In this document: positions 49,705-60,011 of the stretch, in pieces
How positions within the stretch are numbered: the first letter of the stretch is position 1
Layout: the number at the start of each line of letters is the position of its first letter
Assembly: GCA_965230295.1 (NCBI GenBank)
Contig: OZ246001.1
Coordinates: forward strand, 3,296,001 to 3,360,000
Length of the DNA: 64,000 bases
Direction: 5' to 3'
Source of the DNA: Marinicella sp.
GTDB lineage: Bacteria > Pseudomonadota > Gammaproteobacteria > Xanthomonadales > Marinicellaceae
Notes under the pieces: generated by a model
Databases searched by the model: none
Seen by the model: only the letters and a program-made list of their open reading frames with translations
What the model was told of the DNA's origin: nothing
Translations under genes and position numbers: made by a program

Positions 49705-50610
49705 ATGAAAGTAATCATTCAATCAAAATTAATTTTGATGTACTTACTGGCTTCAACAGCTTGCTCTGACGAGGTGATCAAATTAACTGATTATCAAGTG
49801 ATGTCTATCAACACCCATCATCCTTTTGAACCCTCAGGATTGACGCTTAAACATGGTCAGTTGTTTACTGTCTGTGATGATTCTAATTTTATCTATCAAG
49901 TCAATATACTGGATGACTCCAATGCTTCAGCAGAACCCGTGATTAAAATTGATCTGGCAGAGCTGGGGGCATCGGAATTGGATTTGGAAGGCTTGACCAC
50001 TGTTGGTGAGGCGTTTTACGCGGTCAGTGAAAAGCACCACAAACTCATTCGTGTTAGCGACCAGGCGGCTTCCTGGGTTCCAGCCAGTGACAGTATTTAT
50101 CAGAATGCTTATGAATCAGGTTTGTTTCAGATGGACAATGCAGGTCTGGAGGCGGCTGCCTATATGGGAGACCAGACATTTTTGCTTACTGTAGAGCGCC
50201 AACCCCGTGGCTTGATCGAAGTGACTTTTGACGACTCTTTTGAGCAGGTGATCAAACAAACCAATCAATTGTTTGATGACAGTAAATACCCGGTCGAATT
50301 AAGCAGAAAACCTGATTTAACCGGATTGTTTATTTATGACGATGTACTTTATGCCCTACACCGCAATGCATACCTGATACATGAATTAATTAAGGATGAA
50401 AATGGTCATTACCAAGAAGGTAAAGCATGGTCATATGAACACATTGTTAAAGCCCCGGAAAATGCCTACCAGGACATGCGCTTTGGCCATGCTGAAGGGT
50501 TGGCTGTCGATGCCGATTATTTTTACCTGATACTGGATAACAACAACAACCCTAAGTTGAAAAATCCAAACAACGTTCAGCCATTATTGATCAAAGTCAA
50601 ACGTCACTGA
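49705..50610 (+). CDS. Beta-propeller lipoprotein (SdiA-regulated/phytase-like)
   Basis: Lipobox-like TAC; repeated EPSGL, DLEGL, GLEA, DLTGL, AEGL. Confidence 0.7.
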   Translation: MKVIIQSKLILMYLLASTACSDEVIKLTDYQVMSINTHHPFEPSGLTLKHGQLFTVCDDSNFIYQVNILDDSNASAEPVIKIDLAELGASELDLEGLTTVGEAFYAVSEKHHKLIRVSDQAASWVPASDSIYQNAYESGLFQMDNAGLEAAAYMGDQTFLLTVERQPRGLIEVTFDDSFEQVIKQTNQLFDDSKYPVELSRKPDLTGLFIYDDVLYALHRNAYLIHELIKDENGHYQEGKAWSYEHIVKAPENAYQDMRFGHAEGLAVDADYFYLILDNNNNPKLKNPNNVQPLLIKVKRH

Positions 50611-52875
50611 TTGGACAGCTGTGACCAGATCAGATTTAATGAATGGTTTTGGTATTTGGTGATCAGGCCTGGGTTCTATGCCAAATTCATCACGTGATAA
50701 CAAATCAGTGCTGTGACTTTGAACTTGCCAATTGATTGGCGTATTAGGATCCAGTTCTATCATAAGCTTGATGTCTTTTTTCCCGTCAAAATAATATTGC
50801 AACATCCGCTGGCCGGCATTGAGGGTAAGTGGTTCAGGCAAAACAGCTGAGCGGCCTTCAATACTTAGCTTATGAATAACCATGGCCGATTGGGTATATA
50901 TTTCTAATATTTCAGTGTTGTGGTGGGCCGAGAATACCACCTCTAAAGTGAGGTTCTCACCTTGTTTCATGGGTTTTGAAATTTCAAAGAGTATGGGCTG
51001 TAATGCCACTGGATCATCTTGCAAGACCAAGTTTTTCAGCGGTTTTTTATACTTATTCCAAAATGAATTCACCTCATCTTTGTTGGAGGTTTTTTCAAAA
51101 ATAGATTCATTCCAACCTGATGTTTCGACATCGTAGTGATAGAAATATCCGCGTTCATCATCAACATCATACAGGTATGAAATACTGGTGGGGTGGGGTT
51201 GTTGTGGGCTGATCGTTGGTTGGCTATAGAAGGGATAAATCAAAATTCCAATCGGTAATAACAGTAAAATCAAACCTTGTTTGGCATTTTTCATTGGGCT
51301 TACAACAGGTACAAATAAAGCCAATATGAACACCAACAAAACGGCTGTCATGGGCAAAGCAGCCATCCCCAGCGCAATGGGTAAATTAATCAACAACATG
51401 CCAACCAGGATGAATGCAATGGCAGCAGTAATGGGTGCGATTTGTTCTGAAATTTTTGGAGCAAATAACACGGCAATCAGGACAATGGCGGCCAGCAGCA
51501 CAGGAATCAACATGATGCCTGCACCGGGTAAATAATAGACCAATGGAGCGGTGATAAATACCCACAACAGAACAGCCACTTGCATCTGCTCCAATCTTTT
51601 ATTTTTGTTGAATAAACCATATGTGGTCATTGTGATGACGGCGGCACCGACAAGTAAACTTAACATGATCCAATGGCCTTGGTAGGGAAAGCCTTGCAAA
51701 ACATCTTTGGTCTCAGGGAACATCACGTTAATTAAATACAACAATAACCAGCACCAACCAGCTGCCAATACGCTGGCTAAGGACAGAGGAAGCAGTCCAG
51801 CTAACAGTCCTTTGATAGAAGTTTTTTGTTCTTTAAACCCATAGGCTATAGACACCAATAATGTCAGTGAGATGGTAAACAGGATGAACCAATTAAAGGC
51901 TGTAGAGTAACTGATGAGGCCCAGTAATGGGATTGTAAAATACACCAAAGAATCATCTGATTTAAGGTGGTTTAAATCAGCTTGTGAAAAATGTTTTACC
52001 ATACTGAAAACCTGAATGGCTTGGTGTGCCAATGTGTCGATGGATAAATTTTTTAAGCTGTCCAGTTGGGTATGGTAATTATGGTGGTCATCAATGAAAG
52101 CAAAATTGAAGCCATTGATTTTTCCTTGTTGATTGAAAGGTGTTAAGTCTGTGTCATTGGGCAACATGCGGTATATTTCATAGTGCAATGAAGTGGTCAC
52201 CGGCAAAGGTACTGAAGCCGCTTCAAAAGCTTCAATCATGGATTTGTTCCCGCTTACAGTTTCAGGCCACATCATGGCAGGTCCGCTGCTGCCGCGGGCT
52301 TCAAGGTTGATGATCAAGCCAATGTCATATTTATCCAACCTTTCGTTGATGAACGCTCGTGCACCCAGCAGGCCGATTTCTTCTGCATCTGTGAACAACA
52401 TCAGAATGTCATTTTTGGGTTTGGGTGCCGTTTTGATGAGGGCATTTATGGTCTCAAGAATAACGGCTACGCCACTGGCATCATCTCCAGCTCCGGTTGC
52501 TGAAAACTTAGCGGCATCGTAGTGAGACATCAATAGCAAATCTTTGGCGTTGGGGTCGGTGCCAGGATAAATGGCCATTATATTGGTGATTGGAGATGCT
52601 GTTTTATTTTTTGGGCTGAAGCTGGTCGTTCTGTGTTTGTTGACTTTTAAACCCATTTTTTGGAGTTCGGTGATCAAATACCGCTGGGCATCTTCATGGT
52701 AATACTCTCCAACAGCCCGTGGCCCCCGAGTCAAATGGTCCACATGTTTGATGACATTTTCTAGAAAGATACCATCGTAAAATAAATCCGGAGGCGTGTT
52801 TGAGGGGAAACTTAACTGGTATCCGCCCCATGAGATCAAGGTAAATAAAGCGATGTAAAATGCATTTTTTAGCAT
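50584..52875 (-). CDS. Membrane-bound M28 family peptidase
   Basis: SHYD, GAGDDASG, DAEEIGLLG, NLEARG, NDTD, YHT; multi-TM central region. Confidence 0.88.
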   Translation of the reverse strand: MLKNAFYIALFTLISWGGYQLSFPSNTPPDLFYDGIFLENVIKHVDHLTRGPRAVGEYYHEDAQRYLITELQKMGLKVNKHRTTSFSPKNKTASPITNIMAIYPGTDPNAKDLLLMSHYDAAKFSATGAGDDASGVAVILETINALIKTAPKPKNDILMLFTDAEEIGLLGARAFINERLDKYDIGLIINLEARGSSGPAMMWPETVSGNKSMIEAFEAASVPLPVTTSLHYEIYRMLPNDTDLTPFNQQGKINGFNFAFIDDHHNYHTQLDSLKNLSIDTLAHQAIQVFSMVKHFSQADLNHLKSDDSLVYFTIPLLGLISYSTAFNWFILFTISLTLLVSIAYGFKEQKTSIKGLLAGLLPLSLASVLAAGWCWLLLYLINVMFPETKDVLQGFPYQGHWIMLSLLVGAAVITMTTYGLFNKNKRLEQMQVAVLLWVFITAPLVYYLPGAGIMLIPVLLAAIVLIAVLFAPKISEQIAPITAAIAFILVGMLLINLPIALGMAALPMTAVLLVFILALFVPVVSPMKNAKQGLILLLLPIGILIYPFYSQPTISPQQPHPTSISYLYDVDDERGYFYHYDVETSGWNESIFEKTSNKDEVNSFWNKYKKPLKNLVLQDDPVALQPILFEISKPMKQGENLTLEVVFSAHHNTEILEIYTQSAMVIHKLSIEGRSAVLPEPLTLNAGQRMLQYYFDGKKDIKLMIELDPNTPINWQVQSHSTDLLSRDEFGIEPRPDHQIPKPFIKSDLVTAVQSVTFDFDQ

Positions 52876-52953
52876 GATGATTGCGTTGGTTAATAAGCAC
52901 AATCACCTTATCACAAATCAGTGCTTTGAAGCAGAGAAGATTGCTGTCTTGCT

Positions 52954-54207
52954 TTATCCTCTTACAATGTGGGTACCCAGTTGATTGAGTTTTTCTTCAA
53001 TGGCTTCATAGCCTCTATCGATGTAATGGATGTCATGGACTTCGGTGGTGCCAGAAGCGGCCAACCCGGCCAATACCAATGATGCAGATGCACGTAAATC
53101 AGTGGCGGTAACGGGGGCTCCACTCAGTCCATCGACGCCTTTTATGATGGCCTGGTTGCCTTCAACATGAATGTTTGCACCCATGCGATTCAATTCTTCG
53201 ACATGCATGAACCTGTTTTCAAACAGCGTTTCAGTAATCACACTGGTACCATCAGCTATGGTGTTCAAGGCACAAAACTGCGCCTGCATATCGGTTGGGA
53301 ACGCAGGGTGAGGTGCGGTTCTGATGTCAACTGGTGTGGGTCTTTTGCCATGCATGTTTAAACTGACTGAATTTTCAGTGGTTGTGATTTCAGCGCCTGC
53401 TTCGGTCAATTTATCAAATACGGCATCTAAATCATTGTTGCATGAGTTGTTGATGGTTATGGAACCACCAGTAATCGCTGCAGCCACTAAAAATGTACCT
53501 ATTTCAATGCGGTCTGGCATCACCGCATGGTGGGTTCCGGTCAATTGCTCTTTGCCTTGAATGTAAATTTTAGAGGTGCCTTCACCTTTGATGTCTGCAC
53601 CCATGGCTTTCAGGTATTTGGCTAAATCCACAACCTCCGGTTCTATGGCTGCATTTTCAATCAAGGTTTCACCTTTGGCTAAACAGGCAGCTATCATGAT
53701 GTTTTCAGTACCTGTTACTGTCACTTTGTCCATCACGATTCGATTGCCTTGTAAACGATCACAAGAGGCCAATATATACCCATCTTTAACATCTATTTGA
53801 GCGCCCATGGCTTGTAGACCCTTGATGTGGAGATCAACTGGCCTGGCTCCAATTGGGCACCCTCCTGGTAAAGACACTTTGGCGCGACCGTATCTGGCTA
53901 CCAATGGACCCAAAGCCAATATGGAAGCTCGCATGGTTTTAACGGTTTCATATGGCGCCGTTTGATTGTTCAAATGATCCGTACAGATGGTGATGTCTGC
54001 GTGGTGATCGACAGTGAGTTCAGCACCCATTTGAACCAACAACTCATTCATGGTGGTTACGTCATGTAAATGAGGTACACGGGATATGTGTGATTCACCT
54101 TGCCCGACAATGGTGGCTGCCAGTATGGGCAGAACGGCATTTTTTGCGCCAGAAGCGTTGATGGTTCCTTGAATGGTATGTCCGCCAGTGATGGTGATTT
54201 TGTTCAT
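52954..54207 (-). CDS. murA: UDP-N-acetylglucosamine 1-carboxyvinyltransferase
   Basis: [36 protein letters not shown]. Confidence 0.98.
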   Translation of the reverse strand: MNKITITGGHTIQGTINASGAKNAVLPILAATIVGQGESHISRVPHLHDVTTMNELLVQMGAELTVDHHADITICTDHLNNQTAPYETVKTMRASILALGPLVARYGRAKVSLPGGCPIGARPVDLHIKGLQAMGAQIDVKDGYILASCDRLQGNRIVMDKVTVTGTENIMIAACLAKGETLIENAAIEPEVVDLAKYLKAMGADIKGEGTSKIYIQGKEQLTGTHHAVMPDRIEIGTFLVAAAITGGSITINNSCNNDLDAVFDKLTEAGAEITTTENSVSLNMHGKRPTPVDIRTAPHPAFPTDMQAQFCALNTIADGTSVITETLFENRFMHVEELNRMGANIHVEGNQAIIKGVDGLSGAPVTATDLRASASLVLAGLAASGTTEVHDIHYIDRGYEAIEEKLNQLGTHIVRG

Positions 54208-54226
54208 GCTGTTGTCCTTTGGGCTT

Positions 54227-54472
54227 TTATTGCTGAGTGACTTGCTGGTACTCTTCAGGTGTTAGGGCTTTGATGCTTAAAGCATGAATGTCTGCTTCCA
54301 TGTGTTTGCCCAGGGCTTGGTATATCATGCGATGACGTTTGATTTTCATCAATCCATTGAATTCGGCAGAAACCACCAGTGCTTCATAATGGCGTTGATC
54401 TTCACCACTGACTTCAAGGTGTTCGCAGTTGATCTGTGCTGAAAGTAATTTTTTGACTTCGTTGGGGTGCAT
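54227..54472 (-). CDS. ibaG: BolA/IbaG family protein
   Basis: VVSAEF, KRHRMIY, IHALSIK; directly upstream of murA. Confidence 0.88.
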   Translation of the reverse strand: MHPNEVKKLLSAQINCEHLEVSGEDQRHYEALVVSAEFNGLMKIKRHRMIYQALGKHMEADIHALSIKALTPEEYQQVTQQ

Positions 54473-54634
54473 GAATCGTAATTGTTTGTTTGTTGAGGGC
54501 GCATTATCTTGTAAAATAGATCGTTTATAAAGTAGTTGTCATCATTTTTTTTAACCAATGATGATTTTGTGTGCTCCACCCTCTAACCATATTGAGGGTT
54601 TGGAACTCTAAAAATAAGGATAAAACTAAAAATT

Positions 54635-55603
54635 ATGCTGGAATCTTCACTTTATTTAGTGGCTGGTCTTGCCTTACTCATTTATGCCGCTGATAAGTTT
54701 GTATTGGGAGCAGCATCAACTGCCAAACACATGGGTGTGTCTACCATGTTGGTGGGTCTGATTATTGTCGGGTTTGGAACCTCTGCCCCGGAAATGGTGG
54801 TTTCAGCCATTGCTTCATTCAAAGGTAACTCGGGTCTGGCATTGGGTAATGCCGTGGGTTCAAACATCACCAATGTGGCTTTGGTATTGGGTGTTGGGCT
54901 ACTGATTGTACCCATGAGTATCAAATCACAAACCATCAAACGAGAAATGCCCATATTGTTATTGGTTACTTTGATGGTGTTGTTCTTGTTGATAGATTTG
55001 AAATTAACTTTTATCGATGGTGTCATCTTAATCACCAGTATGTTCATCGTCACAGGTTTCTTGTTGGTCATTGGTATGAAGAGTGATCGCGATCAATTCA
55101 GTGATGAATTTGAAGCTGAATATGATTTGGACATCAGCTTAAATAAAGCCATTGCCTTTCTGATTTTTGGGATTGTCATGTTACCCATAGCCTCTCAGGC
55201 GATGGTCAAGGGTGCTACTGAGATCGCGCTGTTATTTGGTGTTTCTGATATGGTTATTGGTTTAACCATTGTGGCTTTAGGAACCTCTTTACCTGAATTG
55301 GCCGCCACCATTGCCAGTGCCATGAAAAAAGAACATGATTTGGCCATCGGCAATATTGTTGGGTCAAACATGTTCAACCTGTTAGGAGTCATCGGCATAT
55401 CTGGTTTAATCAGAGAGTATGAATTCACTGCACATTTCATCAAATATGATTATTTTTACATGTTGATGCTGACGGTCTTTTTGTTTTTGGCTTCAGTTTA
55501 TTTTGTTCTTAAAGATCGTTTTATTTCGCGAATGATTGGATTGGTGCTGGTGTTGATGTACATTACTTACATGATCTGGTTGTATTTTAGTGAAGGCATA
55601 TGA
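54635..55603 (+). CDS. yrbG: Calcium/sodium antiporter
   Basis: Duplicated GTSAPE/GTSLPE and GNxVGSN; precedes kdsD. Confidence 0.9.
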   Translation: MLESSLYLVAGLALLIYAADKFVLGAASTAKHMGVSTMLVGLIIVGFGTSAPEMVVSAIASFKGNSGLALGNAVGSNITNVALVLGVGLLIVPMSIKSQTIKREMPILLLVTLMVLFLLIDLKLTFIDGVILITSMFIVTGFLLVIGMKSDRDQFSDEFEAEYDLDISLNKAIAFLIFGIVMLPIASQAMVKGATEIALLFGVSDMVIGLTIVALGTSLPELAATIASAMKKEHDLAIGNIVGSNMFNLLGVIGISGLIREYEFTAHFIKYDYFYMLMLTVFLFLASVYFVLKDRFISRMIGLVLVLMYITYMIWLYFSEGI

Positions 55604-56577
55604 ATTCAATGAATACCGAACAAATTCTTCAACAAGCTCAAACTGTTTTTGCCATTGAGCAGGCTGGCTTACAGACGTTACAACAAAATTTGGGCGACAC
55701 ATTTGTTGATGTGATCAAGACCATGATGGCCTGCCAAGGTCACATTGTAGTGATTGGTATGGGTAAATCTGGTCACATTGGTAATAAGATTTCAGCCACA
55801 TTGGCATCGACAGGCACCCCGGCATTCTTTGTTCATCCGGGTGAGGCCAGTCATGGCGATTTAGGCATGATAACGGCAGGTGATGTGGTACTGGCCATTT
55901 CTAACTCGGGTGAGACTGAAGAGGTTTTAACGATTTTGCCAGTGATCAAGCGCATGGGGGCCAAATTAATTTCGATGACTGGCAAACCTGCTTCTACATT
56001 GGCTAAAAACTCAGACATCCATCTCGATGTTTCAGTGGCCGAAGAGGCCTGTCCATTGGGGCTGGCACCAACCACCAGTACCACGGCAACCCTGGTCATG
56101 GGAGATGCATTGGCAGTGACATTATTGGAACTGAGGGGTTTTACCAAAGAAGATTTTGCCCGATCTCATCCAGCCGGTTCATTGGGCAAGAAACTTTTAT
56201 TGGGAATCAAGGACGTGATGCGAACTGGTGATGCAGTGCCTCAAGTTGATCAAACCGCCTCATTCAGCGAAGCACTGTTGGAAATGAACAGCAAAGGTTT
56301 GGGCATGACTGCTGTCACCCATCAACAATCGGTGGTTGGGGTTTTTACTGATGGCGACTTACGTCGGACATTGAATGAATTTGATCAATTTAAACAAAAG
56401 CCCATTGGCGAATTGGCCACATTAAACCCCGTGATGATAAAACAAGATAAAATGGCTGTTGAAGCAGCACAAATCATGGAAACCCATAAAATCCATTCTT
56501 TGTTGGTGGTGAATGATGACAATCAATTGGTTGGTGCCTTAAATATTCACGATTTATTAATGGCTGGAGTGGTTTGA
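55600..56577 (+). CDS. kdsD: Arabinose-5-phosphate isomerase (KpsF/GutQ)
   Basis: GMGKSGHIG, HPGEASHGDLG, EEACPLGLAPT, CBS pair. Confidence 0.95.
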   Translation: MNSMNTEQILQQAQTVFAIEQAGLQTLQQNLGDTFVDVIKTMMACQGHIVVIGMGKSGHIGNKISATLASTGTPAFFVHPGEASHGDLGMITAGDVVLAISNSGETEEVLTILPVIKRMGAKLISMTGKPASTLAKNSDIHLDVSVAEEACPLGLAPTTSTTATLVMGDALAVTLLELRGFTKEDFARSHPAGSLGKKLLLGIKDVMRTGDAVPQVDQTASFSEALLEMNSKGLGMTAVTHQQSVVGVFTDGDLRRTLNEFDQFKQKPIGELATLNPVMIKQDKMAVEAAQIMETHKIHSLLVVNDDNQLVGALNIHDLLMAGVV

Positions 56578-57107
56578 TGGAGTTCAGTGAAGAAATATGG
56601 GATATGGCCAAGCAGATAAAGCTGGTTATATTTGATGTAGATGGGGTGCTGACAGATGGTGGTTTGTACTTCACTGATGATGGCAGAGAAATCAAAAAGT
56701 TTAATGTGAAAGACGGCTTGGGCATCTCAATTTTAGTTAAGAAGGGCATTGAAGTGGCTGTGATCACAGGCAGAAGTTCTGTCATTGTTGCTGATCGGAT
56801 GAAATCTTTGGGTGTTAATCATGTCTATCAAGGTAGGATGAATAAATTAGAAACCTATGAAAACTTAAAAGTGGCCTTGAATATTTCTGATGATGAAGTG
56901 GCATTTGTTGGTGATGACATCATTGATTTGCCCATCATGTCACGCTGTTCTTTGTCAGTAGCGGTTGCTGATGCACACCAAGATGTTAAATCAGAAGCTT
57001 GTTTGGTGCTGAACAAACGTGGTGGCATGGGAGCTGCACGAGATGTGTGTGATTTGATCATGAAGGCCCAGGGGTTGGCCCATGATTTTTGTCAAAGCCA
57101 ACAATGA
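56577..57107 (+). CDS. kdsC: KDO 8-phosphate phosphatase
   Basis: FDVDGVLTDG, ITGR, VGDDIID. Confidence 0.95.
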   Translation: MEFSEEIWDMAKQIKLVIFDVDGVLTDGGLYFTDDGREIKKFNVKDGLGISILVKKGIEVAVITGRSSVIVADRMKSLGVNHVYQGRMNKLETYENLKVALNISDDEVAFVGDDIIDLPIMSRCSLSVAVADAHQDVKSEACLVLNKRGGMGAARDVCDLIMKAQGLAHDFCQSQQ

Positions 57108-57658
57108 TTGATGCCGCTAGATTTAAACAGCTGTTGCTGTTTAGCTTGTTGACAGTCTTGAGCTATGGCGTCTATGAACGCTTTTTCAATTTATCGACCA
57201 ATGACAAGTACAAAGCATTTACCAAAGGCTATGCCCTCACTGGTGTAGTGATCAAGTCCACTGATGAAACGGGAGCAGTGGTCACCACAGTACAATCACC
57301 AGCCATCACCCACTATGCAGACTCGGAAGTGACTGTGATTGAGCAGCCAAACATCACCTTGCATGAAGCCCAGGGAAATTGGGTGTTCACTTCAGAATCA
57401 GGTCAAATCAACCCGGATAAAACAGAAATATATTTTCCCGAGCAAGTGGTTGTTAATTTAGACAGTGAATCGGAAAATCCTATCACCATCACCACCAGTG
57501 CTTTAGAAGTCAATGTAATTGATAAAATTGGTAAAACCAAAGCGGAATTGAAGCTGGATGAAGTGGGAACCATGTTGAAAGGTTTGGGTGCGGTGATTAA
57601 CTTTAATCAACAAGAAATAGAAATATTGAGTGAGATGTATGCAGAATTTGAAAACTAA
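57104..57658 (+). CDS. lptC: LPS export periplasmic protein LptC
   Basis: N-terminal TM, beta-jellyroll pattern, canonical position. Confidence 0.8.
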   Translation: MIDAARFKQLLLFSLLTVLSYGVYERFFNLSTNDKYKAFTKGYALTGVVIKSTDETGAVVTTVQSPAITHYADSEVTVIEQPNITLHEAQGNWVFTSESGQINPDKTEIYFPEQVVVNLDSESENPITITTSALEVNVIDKIGKTKAELKLDEVGTMLKGLGAVINFNQQEIEILSEMYAEFEN

Positions 57659-58124
57659 TTTAACATTGGCTTTGTTGTTTTCTTCAACAGGACTATGGGC
57701 ACTGGACAGTGACAGAGCGGCCAAGATTGTGATCCAGGGGCCGGGTTGTGTCACTAAACTTAAGGACAACCAAACTGAGTGCAATAATGGGTTGACCATT
57801 GAACAAGGTTCCCTGTTGATAAAATCCACTTATGGCATGATCAATCACAAAAACAAGGGCATAGAAAGTGTTTTGATGAAAGGTGATCAAGTCTATATGG
57901 AGCAAATGATGGAAGATCAGGACAAAATGATCATCAAGGCCAACCAAATTGATTACCGCAAAGAGGCCGAAAAAGTTTACTTGTCTGGTAACGTCAGCAT
58001 CAAAAGTTCTATTGGTGTCACTACCGGTGAGAATATTGAATTCGACTTAAAAACACAGGAAATCATTTCAGCCGGAAACGATAACAAACAATTCAGAATG
58101 GAAATTGACCAAAAAGATGATTGA
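57639..58124 (+). CDS. lptA: LPS transport periplasmic protein LptA
   Basis: Signal peptide, ALDSDR, IEQGSL, L.GNV; canonical position. Confidence 0.82.
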   Translation: MQNLKTNLTLALLFSSTGLWALDSDRAAKIVIQGPGCVTKLKDNQTECNNGLTIEQGSLLIKSTYGMINHKNKGIESVLMKGDQVYMEQMMEDQDKMIIKANQIDYRKEAEKVYLSGNVSIKSSIGVTTGENIEFDLKTQEIISAGNDNKQFRMEIDQKDD

Positions 58125-58836
58125 AGCATTTAACATTGTTAAGAGCTACCAGAAAAGGCAGGTCATTTCTGACGTTTCATTCAAAGTCAATCAAGGAGAA
58201 GTGGTTGGTTTGCTGGGACCCAATGGCGCAGGTAAGACCACTTGTTTTTATATGGTGGTGGGCTTGATTCCTGTGGACAGTGGTCACATTATCATAGATT
58301 CCATTGACTCTACAAAGTTTGGCATGCATGAGCGTGCCAAATTAGGCTTGGGCTATTTACCTCAAGAAGCATCGGTGTTCAGAAAACTGTCTGTTAAGGA
58401 CAACATCATGGCTGTGCTTGAGCTCAGAAAAGACCTGAGCAAATTGCAAAAAGAAAGCCGGTGTTTGGAGTTGTTAGAAGAACTCAATGTGGAACATGTC
58501 AAAAATCAATTGGGCATCAGCCTTTCTGGTGGTGAGCGCAGAAGGGTGGAAATTGCCAGGTCTTTAGCCATGGAACCCAAATACATACTGTTGGATGAAC
58601 CCTTTGCTGGTGTGGATCCTGTTTCAGTGATTGACATACAAAAGATAGTCTATCATTTGAAAAGTAAAAACATCGGAGTGCTGATTACTGATCACAATGT
58701 CAGGGAAACACTGGGGATTTGTGACCGTGCTTATGTGCTGAAGGAGGGCGGGATGCTTGCCAAGGGTAAACCAGAAGAAATCATCAGTAATCCAGATGTT
58801 AAGCGTGTGTATCTGGGTCAAGATTTTTCGATGTGA
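58117..58836 (+). CDS. lptB: LPS export ABC transporter ATP-binding protein
   Basis: GPNGAGKT, YLPQE, LSGGERRR, LLDEPFAGVDP, ITDHNVRE. Confidence 0.97.
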   Translation: MIEAFNIVKSYQKRQVISDVSFKVNQGEVVGLLGPNGAGKTTCFYMVVGLIPVDSGHIIIDSIDSTKFGMHERAKLGLGYLPQEASVFRKLSVKDNIMAVLELRKDLSKLQKESRCLELLEELNVEHVKNQLGISLSGGERRRVEIARSLAMEPKYILLDEPFAGVDPVSVIDIQKIVYHLKSKNIGVLITDHNVRETLGICDRAYVLKEGGMLAKGKPEEIISNPDVKRVYLGQDFSM

Positions 58837-58897
58837 TAAATGGTAATTGGGTTGAATTTGACTGCTGTTTTGGTTATATTAATAAAGCAGGAGAAAA

Positions 58898-59113
58898 ATG
58901 AAAATAATTACTCGAGTCCAGTTGCCTAAAGCCCCTCTTAAAGTTCTTCTCTCTTGCGTCAATCTAATTCACAAAGGCATTGCAGCAGGACTGGTTATTC
59001 AAATTCAGCTTCTCATTGAATCCATAAGCACCCAATCAAATGACATTGTATTTGAATCGGTACCTGTACCATTGTTGCCTACTGTGGGTAACATCAATGA
59101 GAAATTCCATTAA
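58898..59113 (+). CDS. Possible small hypothetical protein (71 aa) at the usual rpoN position
   Basis: Strong AGGAG RBS before ATG; no recognisable family. Confidence 0.3.
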   Translation: MKIITRVQLPKAPLKVLLSCVNLIHKGIAAGLVIQIQLLIESISTQSNDIVFESVPVPLLPTVGNINEKFH

Positions 59114-59150
59114 GTTGAGCCACATGGCTCAAAGAATGAGGTTAAGTAAT

Positions 59151-59477
59151 ATGCATTTAACAATCACTGGTCACCAACTAGAAGTCACTGATCCTATCAA
59201 AGAATACATCGAAACTAAATTTGAGCGAATAAAAAGGCATTTTGATCAAGTATTGAATGCACATGTGATCATCAGTGTAGAAAAAGTGAGACATAAGTCA
59301 GAAGCGACAATGCATATAGGGGGTAGGGATTTTTTTGCAGACTCTACCGAAGATCATTTGTATAAATCGATTGATTTGTTGGTGGATAAACTGGACAAAC
59401 AAATCAGACGTCATAAGGATAAAATGAGCAATCATCATCGAGAAGAAGTGTTCAAAATGAATCAAGCCAGCTATTAA
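59151..59477 (+). CDS. hpf: Ribosome hibernation promoting factor
   Basis: MHLTITGHQLEVT, DHLYKSID.LVDKLDKQIRRHK; GAGG RBS. Confidence 0.95.
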   Translation: MHLTITGHQLEVTDPIKEYIETKFERIKRHFDQVLNAHVIISVEKVRHKSEATMHIGGRDFFADSTEDHLYKSIDLLVDKLDKQIRRHKDKMSNHHREEVFKMNQASY

Positions 59478-59503
59478 ATAAATTAATAGGTTTGAATTTT
59501 AAT

Positions 59504-59532
59504 AAAGGCTTAACATGGCGTTAAGCCTTTTT
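59504..59532 (+). terminator. Intrinsic terminator after hpf
   Basis: AAAGGCTTAAC-ATGGC-GTTAAGCCTTTTT. Confidence 0.75.
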
Positions 59533-59543
59533 AGTGGTTAACC

Positions 59544-60011
59544 ATGAAAATAATTGATATTTTAGAAGAGGATAAAATGGTGCTGAACCACCATTTTATC
59601 AGCAAGAAAAGGTTGTTTGAAACCATGGCTCAGCTGTTGGCTGAAAATAATGCTGAAGCCTTGAATATTTACCACAGTTTCGTTGAAAGGGAAAAGTTAG
59701 GCAATACCTCATTAGGTAATGGTGTGGCAGTTCCACACGGAAAGTGCTTGCCAGAAAATGACATCAGAGCCTGTGTTATCAAAATGTCGCAACCTGCTGA
59801 TTATGAGAGCATTGATGATGTTAAGGTCAGTGTGGTTATTGGCATTGCTTTTCCTAAATTGATTAACAAATATCACCATGCACTGATGAAGGATACCGCT
59901 TTCCTGTTTCGTCAACACCGGCTGTTCAAGAACCTCATATTGGCAGACACCAAGGAGCAACTCACCGAAGAAATATTAAAAGGCTTTCAGCTATGCAACA
60001 ATTGGTCATAA
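59544..60011 (+). CDS. ptsN: PTS IIA-like nitrogen regulatory protein
   Basis: SKKRLFE, EREKLG.T.LGNGVAVPHG. Confidence 0.85.
   Translation: MKIIDILEEDKMVLNHHFISKKRLFETMAQLLAENNAEALNIYHSFVEREKLGNTSLGNGVAVPHGKCLPENDIRACVIKMSQPADYESIDDVKVSVVIGIAFPKLINKYHHALMKDTAFLFRQHRLFKNLILADTKEQLTEEILKGFQLCNNWS

Noticed and set aside
59040-59150. N-terminal extension of hpf in the ORF track; likewise long starts for oadA, yghU and padR
   Set aside because: Downstream starts match the family N-termini and have RBSs
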